From: Camelus dromedarius
Lineage: Eukaryota
Direction: 5' to 3'
Length of the DNA stretch: 64,000 nucleotides
NCBI RefSeq assembly: GCF_036321535.1
Contig: NC_087437.1
Coordinates: forward strand, 78,928,001-78,992,000
The notes beneath the pieces are model-generated. The model saw nothing but the letters and a program-made list of their open reading frames with translations, made no database searches and had not been told where the DNA came from. The translations under genes and the position numbers were made by a program. Position 1 is the stretch's first letter. Each line of letters starts with the position of its first letter. Below, one piece after another: positions 13,713-26,563 of the stretch.

Positions 13713-13944
13713 CAGTGGTTCTCAACTGGGGCTTTTTTTTTTTTTTTTTTTTTTTTTTGGCTCCAGAGGATATTGCCAGTGTCAGGAGACATTCTTTGGT
13801 GTCACAGCTGGAGATGCTCCTGGCATGTAGTGAGTAAATGCTCAAAATTATGCTAAACATCCTGCAATGCACAGGACAGCACCCCACCCCCATCCCCAAC
13901 AAAGAATTGTCTGAAAGTGAATAATGCCAAGTTAAAAAGCCATG
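13713..13944 (+). mobile_element. MER20 hAT-Charlie DNA transposon
   Basis: CAGTGGTTCTCAACTGGGG...GGAGACATT...GTCACAGCTGG...CTGGCATGTAGTG...GCTAAACATCCTGCAATGCACAGGACAGC...CAACAAAGAATT. Confidence 0.9.
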
Positions 13945-14759
13945 CTTTAAATATTAGTGATATATTTTGGTATAGTGCTTCTCAGAATATGTAGCCATCT
14001 CTCAAGGGCACTGATATTACCCTTAGTAGGTCACTAATCAAATGGGATAAACTAAAGCTATTGATTGTAGCTAGGTCATTCTTTTCAACAAAGTAATTAA
14101 TTTTAATGGATTATATTCACATTCTATTCTGTGAGGGGGAAAAAAAGTTTGTAGGAGCATAGGCCTCTTCTGGTATCTGCAATACTAAAAGAGTTCTCAG
14201 TAGAGACCAGTCTAAGCAAAGAAAGGAATATAAGTGTAAAAAAGTACAAATGAAAAGTGGCCTGCACAGCTGGACAGCAGTCGTCTTATAGAGCTATAAA
14301 TCTCTCAGTTTGATTAAAATAAAGTCTTCATAATCAAGAACTTTCTTCCTTAACACACCCCATGACTGATATATATACAGTGTTATTTTATGAAGGTACT
14401 CTCTGTGATGCATTATATAGAGAAAAAATATCAATGCATTTATCACCAATGTGTTTAAGTAGTGTAAAAATGACTGTGGCTCACCTATTCTTCTCACACA
14501 TACACTTGGTTAAGAAATAATTGGAATACCAGCTGAGGAGTTGAATTTTCCTTTAAATGTTCAGTATTTTTAAAAGTACGAAATAGATAAATATTCATCA
14601 GAAAATTTAACAAAGGAAAAGTTAAAAGAGTACACAAACATACATACTGACGTTGCCCATTAATTCTCCAACCAGAAAGAAAAATCCAGTTAATGTATTA
14701 GGTAAGGCTGGGCTCAAAGTAGGTTCAATTTTGAGACTTCACTATTTTTAAATGCCTAT

Positions 14760-15315
14760 CAGTTGTATAATTATTTAATTAGATAAACTAGCCAAGTTTA
14801 TTGCAAAAAAATAGAAAACATAAGTGAGCAAATATAAGAAAATAACCTAATTACAAAAATTTCCAATAACTACTAGCACTATTTTAAAATACACTTCATA
14901 ATATTTTATGCATGTATTTTTATTGAAATTTTATCAAAAAAGAAGTCATGTATCTAGACATAATGGTTCCTCTTTTGCTTTTCCTCTCAAAATTATATCA
15001 TTAGCAAGTTTAAACATGTTTAAATATTCTCTAAATTATTATTTTAATGACTACATAGTGTTTTACTTTATGTTTATAAAATTGTTTTCTTAATACATCC
15101 CTGTTTTTGAACTTATAACTATAATGTTCAAATTATAAACAGTGATGCGCAGAACATCCATATAACAAAATCCTTGCCCACATGCACATTACTATTGTTT
15201 AAGTAAATCCCTGGGAATAGTGTTCCTCTAATACAGAGAATACAGCGTCAAATAAATTTTTGATATATATTGACATAATGCTCTTCAAATTTATACTCCC
15301 AAAGCAGTGAATGGC
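14760..15315 (-). mobile_element. Old L1ME-type 3' fragment
   Basis: TATAAACAGTGATGCGCAGAACATCC...TAAATCCCTGGGAATAGTG...AATTTATACTCCCAAAGCAGTG resembles antisense L1 3' sequence. Confidence 0.55.
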
Positions 15316-16134
15316 ATTTTAAATGACTGGTGGTGAATGCTTCACTCTGAGATCTCTCCAGGGTAACAGCGTTGTGGCTCATTAATTAAACATTCATGCA
15401 TTTGAGAATTCTAGCTGTGCACTATATAGGGCTTAAAAATTACTTCAGAGATGTAGTCTTGTTTTTAAAAAATGTTTACTACTTAGGAATATCAAAGAAC
15501 TGGAAAACAATTATAAAGCAGCAAATAAAGTTCAAGATTGTATTTATGTTCTAATCCTTTAAAAATGTAGAATGATAATGTGATTGAGAAAACTATTTCA
15601 AAGCTGAAAATCTAATACATTTTGAAGACACTTACAAATTCAAATTGACATAAAAGTCTGAAAAGGACATTCCAGGTAGTATGAATAGCAAAAGCAAATA
15701 TTTAGAGATAGCAGTGAATATGTGCTAGCTTTCTTAACAGAGATAGTTCAACATAGATTATCATTGGATCCAATTAAAGATGAAATTGGGCTATTGATTT
15801 TGCATGTGAATTATGGTTTAAGAATTGGCAAAAGCTAAAGATTTTTCCTTGACAAACTTGGCAGGCCTACCCAGGAGTCTGCCATCAAGTTTTCCCATGA
15901 AAGAGGGAAATGGGGAAGTTGTGGTTAACAAACAGCAAAGTAAAGCTTGCTTAGGAAAAGAAATTGCCAAAGGACAGGTTTATGTCTATATAAGAGATGA
16001 GGACAATATGTGCATATTTGTTTCCTTACTGATGATAAGAGAGTTGTATGGCACAAAAGTGCACATATTTGAAAGTATGTTTTCTTCTTTTTTTTTTTTT
16101 TTTTGACAGCAGACAGAGGTGATTCTGCCTCGGA

Positions 16135-16221
16135 TTTTTTTTTTAATTTTGTTTTATTGAGTTATAGTCAGTTTATAATATTGTGTCAATTTCCAGTGTA
16201 GCACACAATTTTTTAATTCAT
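16135..16221 (-). mobile_element. Short 5'-truncated artiodactyl-type L1 3' end
   Basis: T-run followed by TTTTATTGAGTTATAGTCAGTTTATAATATTGTGTCAATTTCCAGTGTAG, similar to the L1 tails at 17661 and 25221. Confidence 0.75.
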
Positions 16222-16555
16222 GGACTAAATATCATCAGCAGATATGTAGTATATACATGGAAAGAGCACATGAGTGTTGAAACTCAGGACAAAAAGATAT
16301 GATTCTGTTGCATATTTATCTTGGTTCACTTTGACATGTGAAGGTTTTTTTTTTTTTAATATTTTTTTCCCAGATTACTAAGCAACAAATGCCTAAGGAA
16401 AAAACAAAGAAAATTATAAGAAAGGAAACAATAGATTACTCAAAATACTGTTCAAATTAAACTATAAAATTATGCATATTTCACATAACGAATGCTTATT
16501 TACCACTGTACCAGTACAGAGATTAATTGAATTTTAATAGTTTGGCATATCTGCT

Positions 16556-16985
16556 TGTGTTAATCTGAATCTTCTGAGAAGGATATTAAATCGAATTAGA
16601 CTTGCAGGAGATTAATTGGAGAAAATGGTGTTGAGGAAAAGTGTGGGACAAGCAAGGGAAAATTAGAAGTGCCGCTGGAGCATGATACAGTTTGAACACT
16701 GTGCAAGAGAAAGGGAGGGAAGGAAAGAAGAAATACATAGACTACAATGCAGTTTTAAGTTTTGTCAAATCTGACAGGGATTCCTGGAGACAAAGTCACA
16801 TGTTGGAAGTGAAACATCTCCGAAGTGTCGATCTGCCTTACTACCCTTTGCTGTGCTCAGTCATTGTCAGGAGCAACCTGTAGGAAGCACCACATTAGCA
16901 CAAATTCACTTACAGTTGTCAGATTACAGATTTCAGCAGCTGAGGCAGCAGGAGATCTGACAGGTGCATTTTCATGGCTGCCATA
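16556..16985 (-). mobile_element. ERVL solo LTR, LTR16A-like
   Basis: AGACTACAATGCAGTTTTAAG...CTGTGCTCAGTCATTGTCAGGAGCAACCTGTAGGAAGC...GCAGCAGGAGATCTGACAGGTGCATTTTCATGGCTGCCATA. Confidence 0.75.
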
Positions 16986-17259
16986 TTGCTTTACAAACTG
17001 TTTACTACTTTGTGTACTAGCAGTGTTCTTTAAAAAAAATCTAAATTAGGGCCTCCTATGCAGACTTCATCATTCTGGTCTTCTACTGCACTCACAAGGA
17101 ATCATTAACAAAAATTTTGTGTTGAAAATTCTCATGATCTTTTAATCTAATTTTAGTAAGTTCTTAGAACCACAAGCCTTATATACTAAAGTTTTGCATA
17201 TTTTATAGTATAATATACTTATGACAGTTTATTATACATTTCTTGCTACATAACACTTC

Positions 17260-17660
17260 TTTTAGTGGATATTCAATTTTGAGGAGATATATATATACAC
17301 ACACACACATATATATATAAGATACATGCAGTTTTTGTTCAGTATTTTCACTGCTGTGTGACTGTCCATGGTATGAAAATATAAGCATTTATTCATTTAT
17401 TATAGAACACTTAGATTGTTTCTGCTAATTTACTCTAACAAATGGTACTTTTATAAATGGTCTCCTGCACATATCTTTTGTGTATACTTAGGAGAATTCT
17501 TCTGTGAACACATCTAGAAATAAAATTTCAGAGTTCCGTGTTTGTTTTGTTTTTTGTTTATTCTTTTCACCAGTTCAATAGGTAAGAGTTAATATATAAC
17601 ATTTTTACTAGCATTTTCTTTAATACTAGTTATGTTGAGCATCTTTCCTATTTATATGCA
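17260..17660 (-). mobile_element. Old L1 3' fragment
   Basis: GAACACTTAGATTGTTTC...TTAATACTAGTTATGTTGAGCATCTTT resembles antisense L1 ORF2 end and 3'UTR. Confidence 0.5.
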
Positions 17661-18820
17661 TTTTAAAATTGATATATAGTTCATTTGCAATGTTGTGTTA
17701 GTTTCTGGTATGGAGCATAGTGATTCATTTTTCATTATAGGTTATTACAAGCTGTTGAACATAGTCCTCTGTGCCATACAGCAGGACCTTGTTGTTTATC
17801 TATTTTATATATAGTAGTTTCTATCTGCTAATCTCAAACTCCAATTTATACCCCATCTTTCTCCCTGGCAACCATAAGTTTGTTTTCTATATGTGTGAGG
17901 CTGTCTGTGTTTCATAAATAAGTTCATTTGTGTAATTTTTAAAGATTCCACATATACATGATATCATATAATATTTGTCTTTCTCTATCTGACTTACTTC
18001 ACTTAGTATGATAATCTCTAGGTCCATCTATGTTGCTGCAAATGGCATAATTTCATTTCTTTTTATGGCTGAGTAGTATTCCATTGTACATATGTACCAC
18101 ATCTTTTCTGTCCAATCATCTGTCATTGGACATTTGGGTTGTTTCTATGTCTTGGTTATTGCATATAGTGCTGCTACGAACATTGGGGTGCATGTATCTT
18201 TTTGAATTAGATTTCTTTCTGGGTATATGCCCAGGAGTGGGATTGCTGGATTATGTGGTAGCTCTAATTTAGTTTTTTAAAGAATCTCCATACTGTTTTC
18301 CATAATGGCTGCACCAGACTACATTCCCACCAACAGTGTAGAAGGGTTCCCTTTTCTCCTCACCCTCTCTAGCATTTATTATTTGTCGACTTTTTGATGA
18401 TAGCCATTTTGACTGGTTTGAAGTGATCCATTATCTTGTGACAGTGAGCATCTCATCATGTCTCATCATGTCCCATCATGTCTCATCACTATCTGTATGA
18501 CTTCACTGGAAAAATGTCTGTTTAGGTCCTCTGCCCATATTTTGATTCGGTTGGTTTGTTGTTGTTGTTGTTCATTTGTTTTTTGTTACTGAGTTGTATG
18601 AGTTATTTGTATACTCTGGAAGTTAAGCCCTAGTCAGCTGCATCACTTGCAAATATATTCTCCCAGTCTGTAGGTTGTCTTTTCATTTAGTTATGGTTTC
18701 CTTTCCTGTGCAAAAGCTTTTAGATTTAATTGGATTCTTTTTGTTTATCTTTGCTTTCATTTCTATTGCTTTGGTAGACTGACCTAGGAAAACATTACTA
18801 TGGTTTATGTCAGAGAATAT
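17661..18820 (-). mobile_element. Younger artiodactyl/camelid-type L1, 5'-truncated (~1.2 kb)
   Basis: Typical 3'UTR (TTATAGGTTATTACAAG, GGACCTTGTTGTTTATCTATTTTATATATAGTAG) and ORF2 end (CATTCCCACCAACAGTGTAGAAGGGTTCCCTTTTCTCC). Highly similar to 25221-26563. Confidence 0.92.
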
Positions 18821-20256
18821 GCAGATATTTGTGTGGACATAAGTTTTTACTTCATTTAGTTAAATAACAGAGTCCAATTGCTGGATTGTATGATAAGAGC
18901 ATGTTTAGTTTTCTAGTAAACTTCCAAAGTGTCTTCCAGTGTGAGTGTACAATTTTGCATTCCTACCAGCAATAAATGAGAAATCCTGTTACTCCACATT
19001 TCCACCAGCAGTTAATGTTGTCACTGTTCCAGACTATGGCCATTCTAATAGGTGTCAGTGGTATCTCCTTGTTTTACTTGGAATTACCTAATGACATACA
19101 ATGTTGAGTATCTTTTTCTATACTTATTGGCTATCTGTATATTTCTTTGGTGAAGGGACTGTTCAGGTCATATGCCCACTTTTTAAATGGGTTTTTGTTT
19201 TTGTATTGAGTTTTAAGAGTGCTTAGTAATATACTATATCTTTTCCAAATATTTTATCCTAGTCTGTGACCTGCCTTCTGAATCTCTTGATGTTGTCTTT
19301 CACAGAAGTTTTTTAATTTAAATGATGTTCGATTTATGAATTATTTGTTTCATGGATTATGCCTTTGATGTATCAAAAAATTCATCACCATACTTAAAGT
19401 TATCTAGATTTTCTTCTAAACTGTCTTCTAGGAGATTTATAGTTTTTATTTCTTTCTTTAGCTGTATAATCCATATTGAGTTAATTTTTGTGAAGGTTAT
19501 AAGCTTTTTGTCTAGATTAATTTTCTTGCATGTAGACATCCAGCTGGTTTGGTACCATTTGTGGAAAAGACTATCTTTGCTCCATTGTATTGCCTTTTGT
19601 CAAAGATCAGTTGACTATATTTCTGTGGGTCTAGTTAAGATTTCTTGTCTGTTTCATTGATCTATTTGTCTATTCCTTCACCAATACCAAACTGTCTTGA
19701 TTACTGTAGTTTTATAGTAAGTTTTAAAGTTGAGTAGTGTCAGGTCTCTGAACTTACTCTTCTTCAATTATAAGTTTTCTATTCTGGGTATTTTGCCTCA
19801 CCATATAAACTTAGACTCATCTTTTTAATATCCATAAAATAACCTGCTGGCATTTTGATTGGAATTACATTGAATTTATAGAACTGAGAACAATATAGAG
19901 TTTTTCTACTCATGAATATGGAATATGTTTTCATTTGTATCATTCTTCTTTGATTTTTTGGTCAATTTTTCTCAGATAGATCTTGTATACATTTTGATAT
20001 ATTTATACTTAAGTATTTAATTTTGGGGGTGCTAATATGTTTTGGCATTTTTTATTTCAAATTCCACTTTTTCATTGCTTATATGTAGGAAAGCAATTGA
20101 CTTTTGCATATTAACTTTGTATCCTGAAAACTTAACTATAATCCCTTAATAATTTCAGTATTTGGGATTGATTTTTTTAATATATTCTACATAGATAATT
20201 ATGTCATATGCAAACAAACACAGTTTTATTATTTCCTTGCCAACCTGGTATATCTT

Positions 20257-20307
<51 letters not shown>

Positions 20308-21075
20308 TTTCATATTGCATTCCTAGGATTAGTATGATGTTGAAAAGCAGTGGTGAGAGAGAACAGCCTTGCTTTTTTCTTGATATTTGTGGGTTAGCCT
20401 CTAGTCCCTCACCCTTATGTATGTTAATTATTTTTTATAGATGTTCTTTACCAAGTGATAAAGTTTTCCTTTATTCTTAGTATTCGACAAGATCTCTTTT
20501 TTTTTTAAATCATGAATGAATATTGGATTTTGTCAAATGGCTTCTCTGTGCTATTGATCTTGGGATTTTTATTTTTTAGCCTGTTGATCTGATTTATTTA
20601 TTAACTGATGTTTCCAGTGTTGAACTGGTGTTGCAAACCTAGAATACATCCTGCTTGGTCATGGTGTATTATTCTTTTCATGCAGTGTTGCGTTCAATTT
20701 GCTAATATTTTTATGTTTAAGAGATATATTGGTTGGTAGTTTTCTTGTAAGTTCTTTGTCTTTCATATTAGAATAATGCTAGCCTTGTAGGATGAGTTAG
20801 AAATATTCCCTGGTTCTGTCTTCTGGAAGAGATTATAGAAGAGTTTGTGTAATTTCCTCCTTAAATTGTGGTAGAGTTCACCAATCAACCCATCTGGGAC
20901 TGGTGCTTCTGTTTTGACAATATAGATAAAGACCTATTCAGATTATCTGTTTCTTCTAGTGTGTTTGGCAGATTGTGCCTTTCAAGGAATTGGTCCATTT
21001 CATCTTTGTTACCAAATTTGAGAGAATAGATTTGTTAATAGTAATATTTTATTATCCTTAATGTCAACGAGAAAT
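18821..21075 (-). mobile_element. L1MC-type LINE, ORF2 region
   Basis: Continuous antisense L1 ORF2 (CTGTCTTGATTACTGTAG, GTCAAAGATCAGTTGAC, CCTGCTTGGTCATGGTG), collinear with the copy at 37576-40068. Confidence 0.88.
20256..20310. repeat. (TTTA)n microsatellite within L1
   Basis: About 13 perfect units seen directly. Confidence 0.95.
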
Positions 21076-24000
21076 GTAGTATTTGTTGAAAAGTTAAAAT
21101 GTTGGTAGTATCCTAAACATCTATCAACATATCAATGCATAAATTTATTCTGCCATAATCCTTCAATGGATTATGAGTAAATAACCAGAATAATCACTCT
21201 CACACGAAATATGGAGGAAAACCAAGAAAATTGCAGCAAGCAAAATATATCAAAGAGTATTTAAAAATTTAAATATTAAATAAATTTAAATCTATTCTGT
21301 GTTTAAGGAATAGGTTTGTGTTACATGGAAGATAGTATTACTAAAGAAGGATATAAACTATATATATATAGTATTCAGAAAATGATAAATGGAAAGCTTC
21401 AAGCATGTAAATATATTATTTCCCAAACTACAGGTTAAATAAAATGGCTTTAATTATTTTACTTTTTATAGTTTTTTTCTGTCTAATATGTAATAATACT
21501 CCCTTTGAGGACAGACTTCCAAATTTATTTTATTAATAAATATTATTTGGCAGTAAGTTGTATTTTATTTACCTAATCTTTTTTTTTTAACCTGATCTTT
21601 TAAATCTGTATCTTGACTGCAAATACAGCTGGTTTTGGTGCATGACGTGTTATATCCAAATTAATATTTTCCATACAATCTTTTGTTTTATTACTTTTAT
21701 AAATAATTTTGACTTCACTTATTTATGTTATGATCTTTACTATATCACATATTTATAGATTCTATTTCTGGGCCATGAATTATATCACATTATTTATGAG
21801 AAAACTTTCATTTCAATTTCCATTATTTTAATTATTTTAACTTCACTGTATTTTAGTATCTGGGGGATATTCATATTTTCAAAAAGTTTTATGAACAATT
21901 TTCACCTGTATGTTTTTCCAGATGAATTTGAAATTTTTCTCAGGCATTAGTTAATACATGTAATAAATATATATTAAATCTTGAACTTTCGTCTTCTATA
22001 ATGATTGTAATTTAGCTAGCATAAGGTTGTTTTAGACATTGCATTTGAGTTTTTCTCATCCTTCATAAATACTCCAACCCATTTTCTTTATTTATATGAA
22101 AATGAATTATGATTTGTAATTATCTTATCCCCACCTGGGAAGGTAAATATTACACACATTTTATCAATCCTCATTTGTATTTTACAGTACAATATATAAT
22201 AATAAGAGTATTTTTTTATGTTACTGTGTATTTTTCTGGTTAAAAATATTTTTGAACTTTTTAAGAGAGTAATGTTCAGGATAGACTAGGAACATGAGAA
22301 GCTTGAGAGTGATAAATAAGGCTAAGTTTGTACAAATGAACATGAAATGGAGCAGTAGCACTAAATAAATAATTGACCATTGAGGTTAGGAAAGAAAAGC
22401 AAGAAAATCCATCAAGTAGGAGATATGGAGACAATAAGAACTTGTCTAAAGATACAGATTGTTGGAAATTGGCATAGTATTTAAGGTTGGACACTGATGT
22501 GTTCAACTTTACAGTGATTTCTCATCTCTATTCATTTTACTTATTGAACAGTACAGATATTGCAATCACAATGCTGACACAAAGGTCAAAATTATGAATA
22601 TATTGCAAAATTATCCTTTTTAGAAGATACAATATGCACATTGGGTTTCACTGATGTTCTGCACAGGTTATGGAATAAAATGCAGGAATTTTTATGATAG
22701 GACAGTGTGGGAAAAAAAAAACACACAAGATGAGAAGTCCAGAAAATTTGCCATGAAAACTGTCAAACATTGAATTATTCTTCTACAGTTATGTCCCTGC
22801 AATGCATGTGGGTCATTAGACATTCTCTGGTAGAAAAGACAATGGAGGTCGACTTCTCCTTGTCTTTTATAGAACAGATAGTTACAGGATTATGAATTAA
22901 GATGAAAGATTACAGTCATAACAAAATGACCAACTCATAACCATCACAGTCCTGATCAGAATGATGATCATCCTGATGATGATTAATATATTATTAATCT
23001 TATGACTATCTCTGGACCTCTGTTAAGCATTGTGTATAGTCATTTGTTATAGTTGGTTAGGCCATAATACTAATGGAGCTACACTTGTGGATATGAGTCA
23101 GCTCTGTAAAACATACACTTCTTGGTTTTAGAGTCAGGGACTGCAGTCTTGACCCTCCAATCTCGCCATTGAACATAAAGTGTATCTACATAGAATGTGT
23201 ACGTAATTCTGTACAGTCAGCACTATAACAAAGTATAGAAAAGCAGAGTTTTTGTGGGGTTATTTTTTGTCAAAAAGTTCAATAAGAGTATTTTTAGGAA
23301 ATGACAGCTCAGTATTTTCGGTGTTCTCATAGTCTTATAACTACATTTGGAACATTCAGAAATTATAATAGTGGAATTATGTACATTAATAGAATACCTA
23401 AACATTATTAGAATAAATTTCAGATATGAGGTTATACAATTCTGTACTTCGAGAGCTCAGAATTTCTCTCAATGATTTGAATAATATAATAAAATTCATA
23501 TTTATAATCTGTATGGATAAAACTTGCAGGGCAAATCCATATATTCCATTATAAACACAATATTAATGAATTTTTCATTGGTCTTAAAATCAAGTAAAAT
23601 AAAACTATAGTGATTTATATGAAGTTCAAGGTAAAAGATTCCACTTAGACTAAAAATTCTACATAGTTATGGGTAGAAGCTACCTGTAACACAGGGAAAC
23701 ATGAAATAATTTTTTTAAAAAGCCAGAGTACATGGATAGTATGAAATACTTACACTTTGGCAGAGGCCCGTATAAAATCGGGATGTCTACAGAGAATTGT
23801 ATCTTCAAGCTAAGCCATACAATGAAGAAAACCTGTGACTGTACAGACCATGAGAACACCATGGTAAGCTGTGATGAATGTTTGAATGGCTCTCATTTGG
23901 GAAAGATATTTCATAAATTCTTAAAGCAGTGAGTGGGTGTTATAAAGAAATGATTTCACATCAGCATAAGACTTTCCTATGAATAAAAGTATCTAAACCT

Positions 24001-25220
24001 TTGTTTATTCCAAATATTACTGGGCCTCCCTGTGTCGTCTTGATATCCCATCCCTGAATGAACATACTGGTTGCTAGGCATTGTGTTGTCTCTGAATAAT
24101 TTATCAGTGGACATAAAACTTGTATGTTGGTGGGACAACTGCTCATGAAGAGTTGCAGTGGAGAGTTCTCTGCTTGGGGGAAGGCAGAATTCTATGATTG
24201 ACAATGAAAGCTTATGGAATATTTCCATGTTTTGGGTTTTGTTGTTTTGTTGTTTTGTTTTTCCTCTGAAGTTATAAGTGTTCAGGCTCTGAACATAGTG
24301 GATCAAACCCCAAGCAGCACCAAGATTCTTGATGCTTTGCATTTGTGCATCTGTTTTTGCTGCTTTTTTGAAGAAGAAAGGTGAGCTAGAACACTCAACT
24401 CCTCTGGTTACATCTAACTCTGTTTCAGATTATAAAAACACCATAGGAAATAATATTTAAAAAATAACGTTTTGAACCAAATATAGTTAAAACATCTTTC
24501 CTTGCAGAGGAAAGTTTTATTTTTATTTTACTTTTTCTACCTAGAATGGAATTGTGTCTATTCACATGCAAAGTAAATAAACATAATTGAATTCTTATGC
24601 TAAGAGCTGTGTTTTATTGTTCTAGTATAATGATTTTGTCTGTGGTGAAACAGTTGACAGCTCCTAGATATAGCTGTGATTTTTTTTTTTGATAAGATGT
24701 TTTTCTAAAAAATATGTTTTGAAAAGCTAAAATATATTCTGAAACATTTTCTATAAGTAAGCCAGACTTTGTCAGTTCAGAATGGTTTTTGTTTTCTTCA
24801 TTTTGGTGTGCCTACACAGCATAGGAGGAAATGTAGTGAAAAATTTTGCCAAATGACACACTGTCATCCATCCATAGGGAGCAACTCTTGTATTATCATC
24901 CCCATAGCAATCCTAAAAGGCATCATTTGGAACAGAGAAGAAAGCAAGTGAGCCTTTGCTTTCAACAACTCTTTTCACCTCCCATAATCTCTAAGCATCC
25001 TTGAAATGGATGATTTTGGAGGAGGGGCAGATATGATCTGAGGGACTTCCTGTGATTACTGCACTTTTTAAAACAGGGAAATCTTGAATGCCTTGCTCCA
25101 TAAAGTGTGGTCCCAGGACTGAAAGCATTGGCATCACAAGGAGGCTTGTTAGAAATGAAGAAATGCAGACCCATCACAGTCAAAATGGATTAGAATCTGC
25201 ATTTTTAAAAATTAGCGTAT

Positions 25221-25666
25221 ATTATTTTTTATTGAAGTATAGTTGATTTACAGTGTTCTGTTCTTGTGTACAGCATGGTGATTCATTTATACATATATAT
25301 ATTCCTTTTCATCTTCTTTTTCATTATAGACCATTACAAGTTATTGAATATAATTCCCTGTGTTATACAGTAGGATCTTACTGTTTATCTATTTTATATA
25401 TAGTAGTTAGTATCTACAAATCCTGAACTCCCAATGTATCCCTTCCTACCCCCCCCATAAGTTTGTTTTTGGTCTGTGAGTCTCTTTGTTTTGTGAGTAA
25501 GTTCATTTGTGTCCTTTTATTTCTATATTCCACATTTAAGTGATACCATATGGTATTTTTCTTTCTTTCTCTGGCTTACTTCACTTAGTATGACAATCAC
25601 CAGCTCCATTCACATTGCTGCAAATGGCATTATCATTATTTTATTTTTATGACTGAGTAATATTCC

Positions 25667-25706
<40 letters not shown>

Positions 25707-26563
25707 GATTTTTTTATCCAGTCATCTGTCAGTGGACATTTAGGTTGGTTCTATGTCTTGCCTATTGTAAATAGTACTGCTTTGAACATTGGGATGCATG
25801 TATTTTTTCCAATTAGAGTTTCCTCCAGACATATGCCCAAGAGTGGGATTGCTAGATCAAAGGGTTAGCCTATTTTCAGTTTTTTTAAGGAAGTTCCATA
25901 CTATTTTCCATAATGGCTGAACCAAACTACCTTCCCACCAAAAGTGTAGGAGGGTTCCCTTTTCTCCACAGCCTCTCCAGCATTTATCATTTTTGAACTT
26001 TTTAAAGATGGCCATTCTGACTGATGTGAGGTGATACCTCATTGTAGTTTTGATTTGCACTTCTCTCCTAATTAGTGATATTGAGCATCTTTTCATGTGC
26101 CTTTTGGCCATTTTTATGTCTTCACTGAAGAATTGCTTGTTTAGATCTTCTGCTCATTTATAGATTGGGTTGTTTGGTTTTTTTTTTTATAAAGTTGTAT
26201 GAGCTATTTATATATTCTGGAAATTAAGCCTTTGTCAATTGCAACATTTCCAAATATTTTCTCCCATTCCATAAGTTGTGTTTTTGTTTTGTTTATGATT
26301 TCCTCTGCTATGCAAAAGCCTACAAGATTAACTAGGTCCTATTTGTTTACTTTTGCTTTTATTTCTGTTGCTTTGGTAGACTGCTCTAGGAGAACATTGC
26401 TACAATTTATATCAGAGAATGTTTACCCTATGTTTTATTCTAGGAGGTTTATGGTGTCTTGTCCTATGTTTAAGTCTTTAAGCCATTTTGAGTTTATTTT
26501 TGTGTATGATGTGAGGGAGTGTTCTAGCTTCACTGATTTACATGCAACTATCCAGCTTTCCCA
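25221..26563 (-). mobile_element. Younger artiodactyl/camelid-type L1, 5'-truncated (~1.35 kb)
   Basis: ORF 25857-26111(-) [51 protein letters not shown] matches the L1 ORF2p C-terminal Cys-rich domain. The T-rich tail lies at ~25221. Confidence 0.95.
25669..25704. repeat. (TG)18 microsatellite in L1
   Basis: Perfect TG run. Confidence 0.95.

Noticed and set aside
25857..26111. Functional protein-coding ORF with Cys/His motif
   Set aside because: It is a fragment of L1 ORF2p in a 5'-truncated copy, not a host gene. The same applies to 60094-60285 and 4191-4382 (ORF1).
17661..26563. Segmental duplication between the two similar ~1.2-kb blocks
   Set aside because: The similarity is confined to L1 sequence with different truncation points and unrelated flanks, so these are independent insertions.
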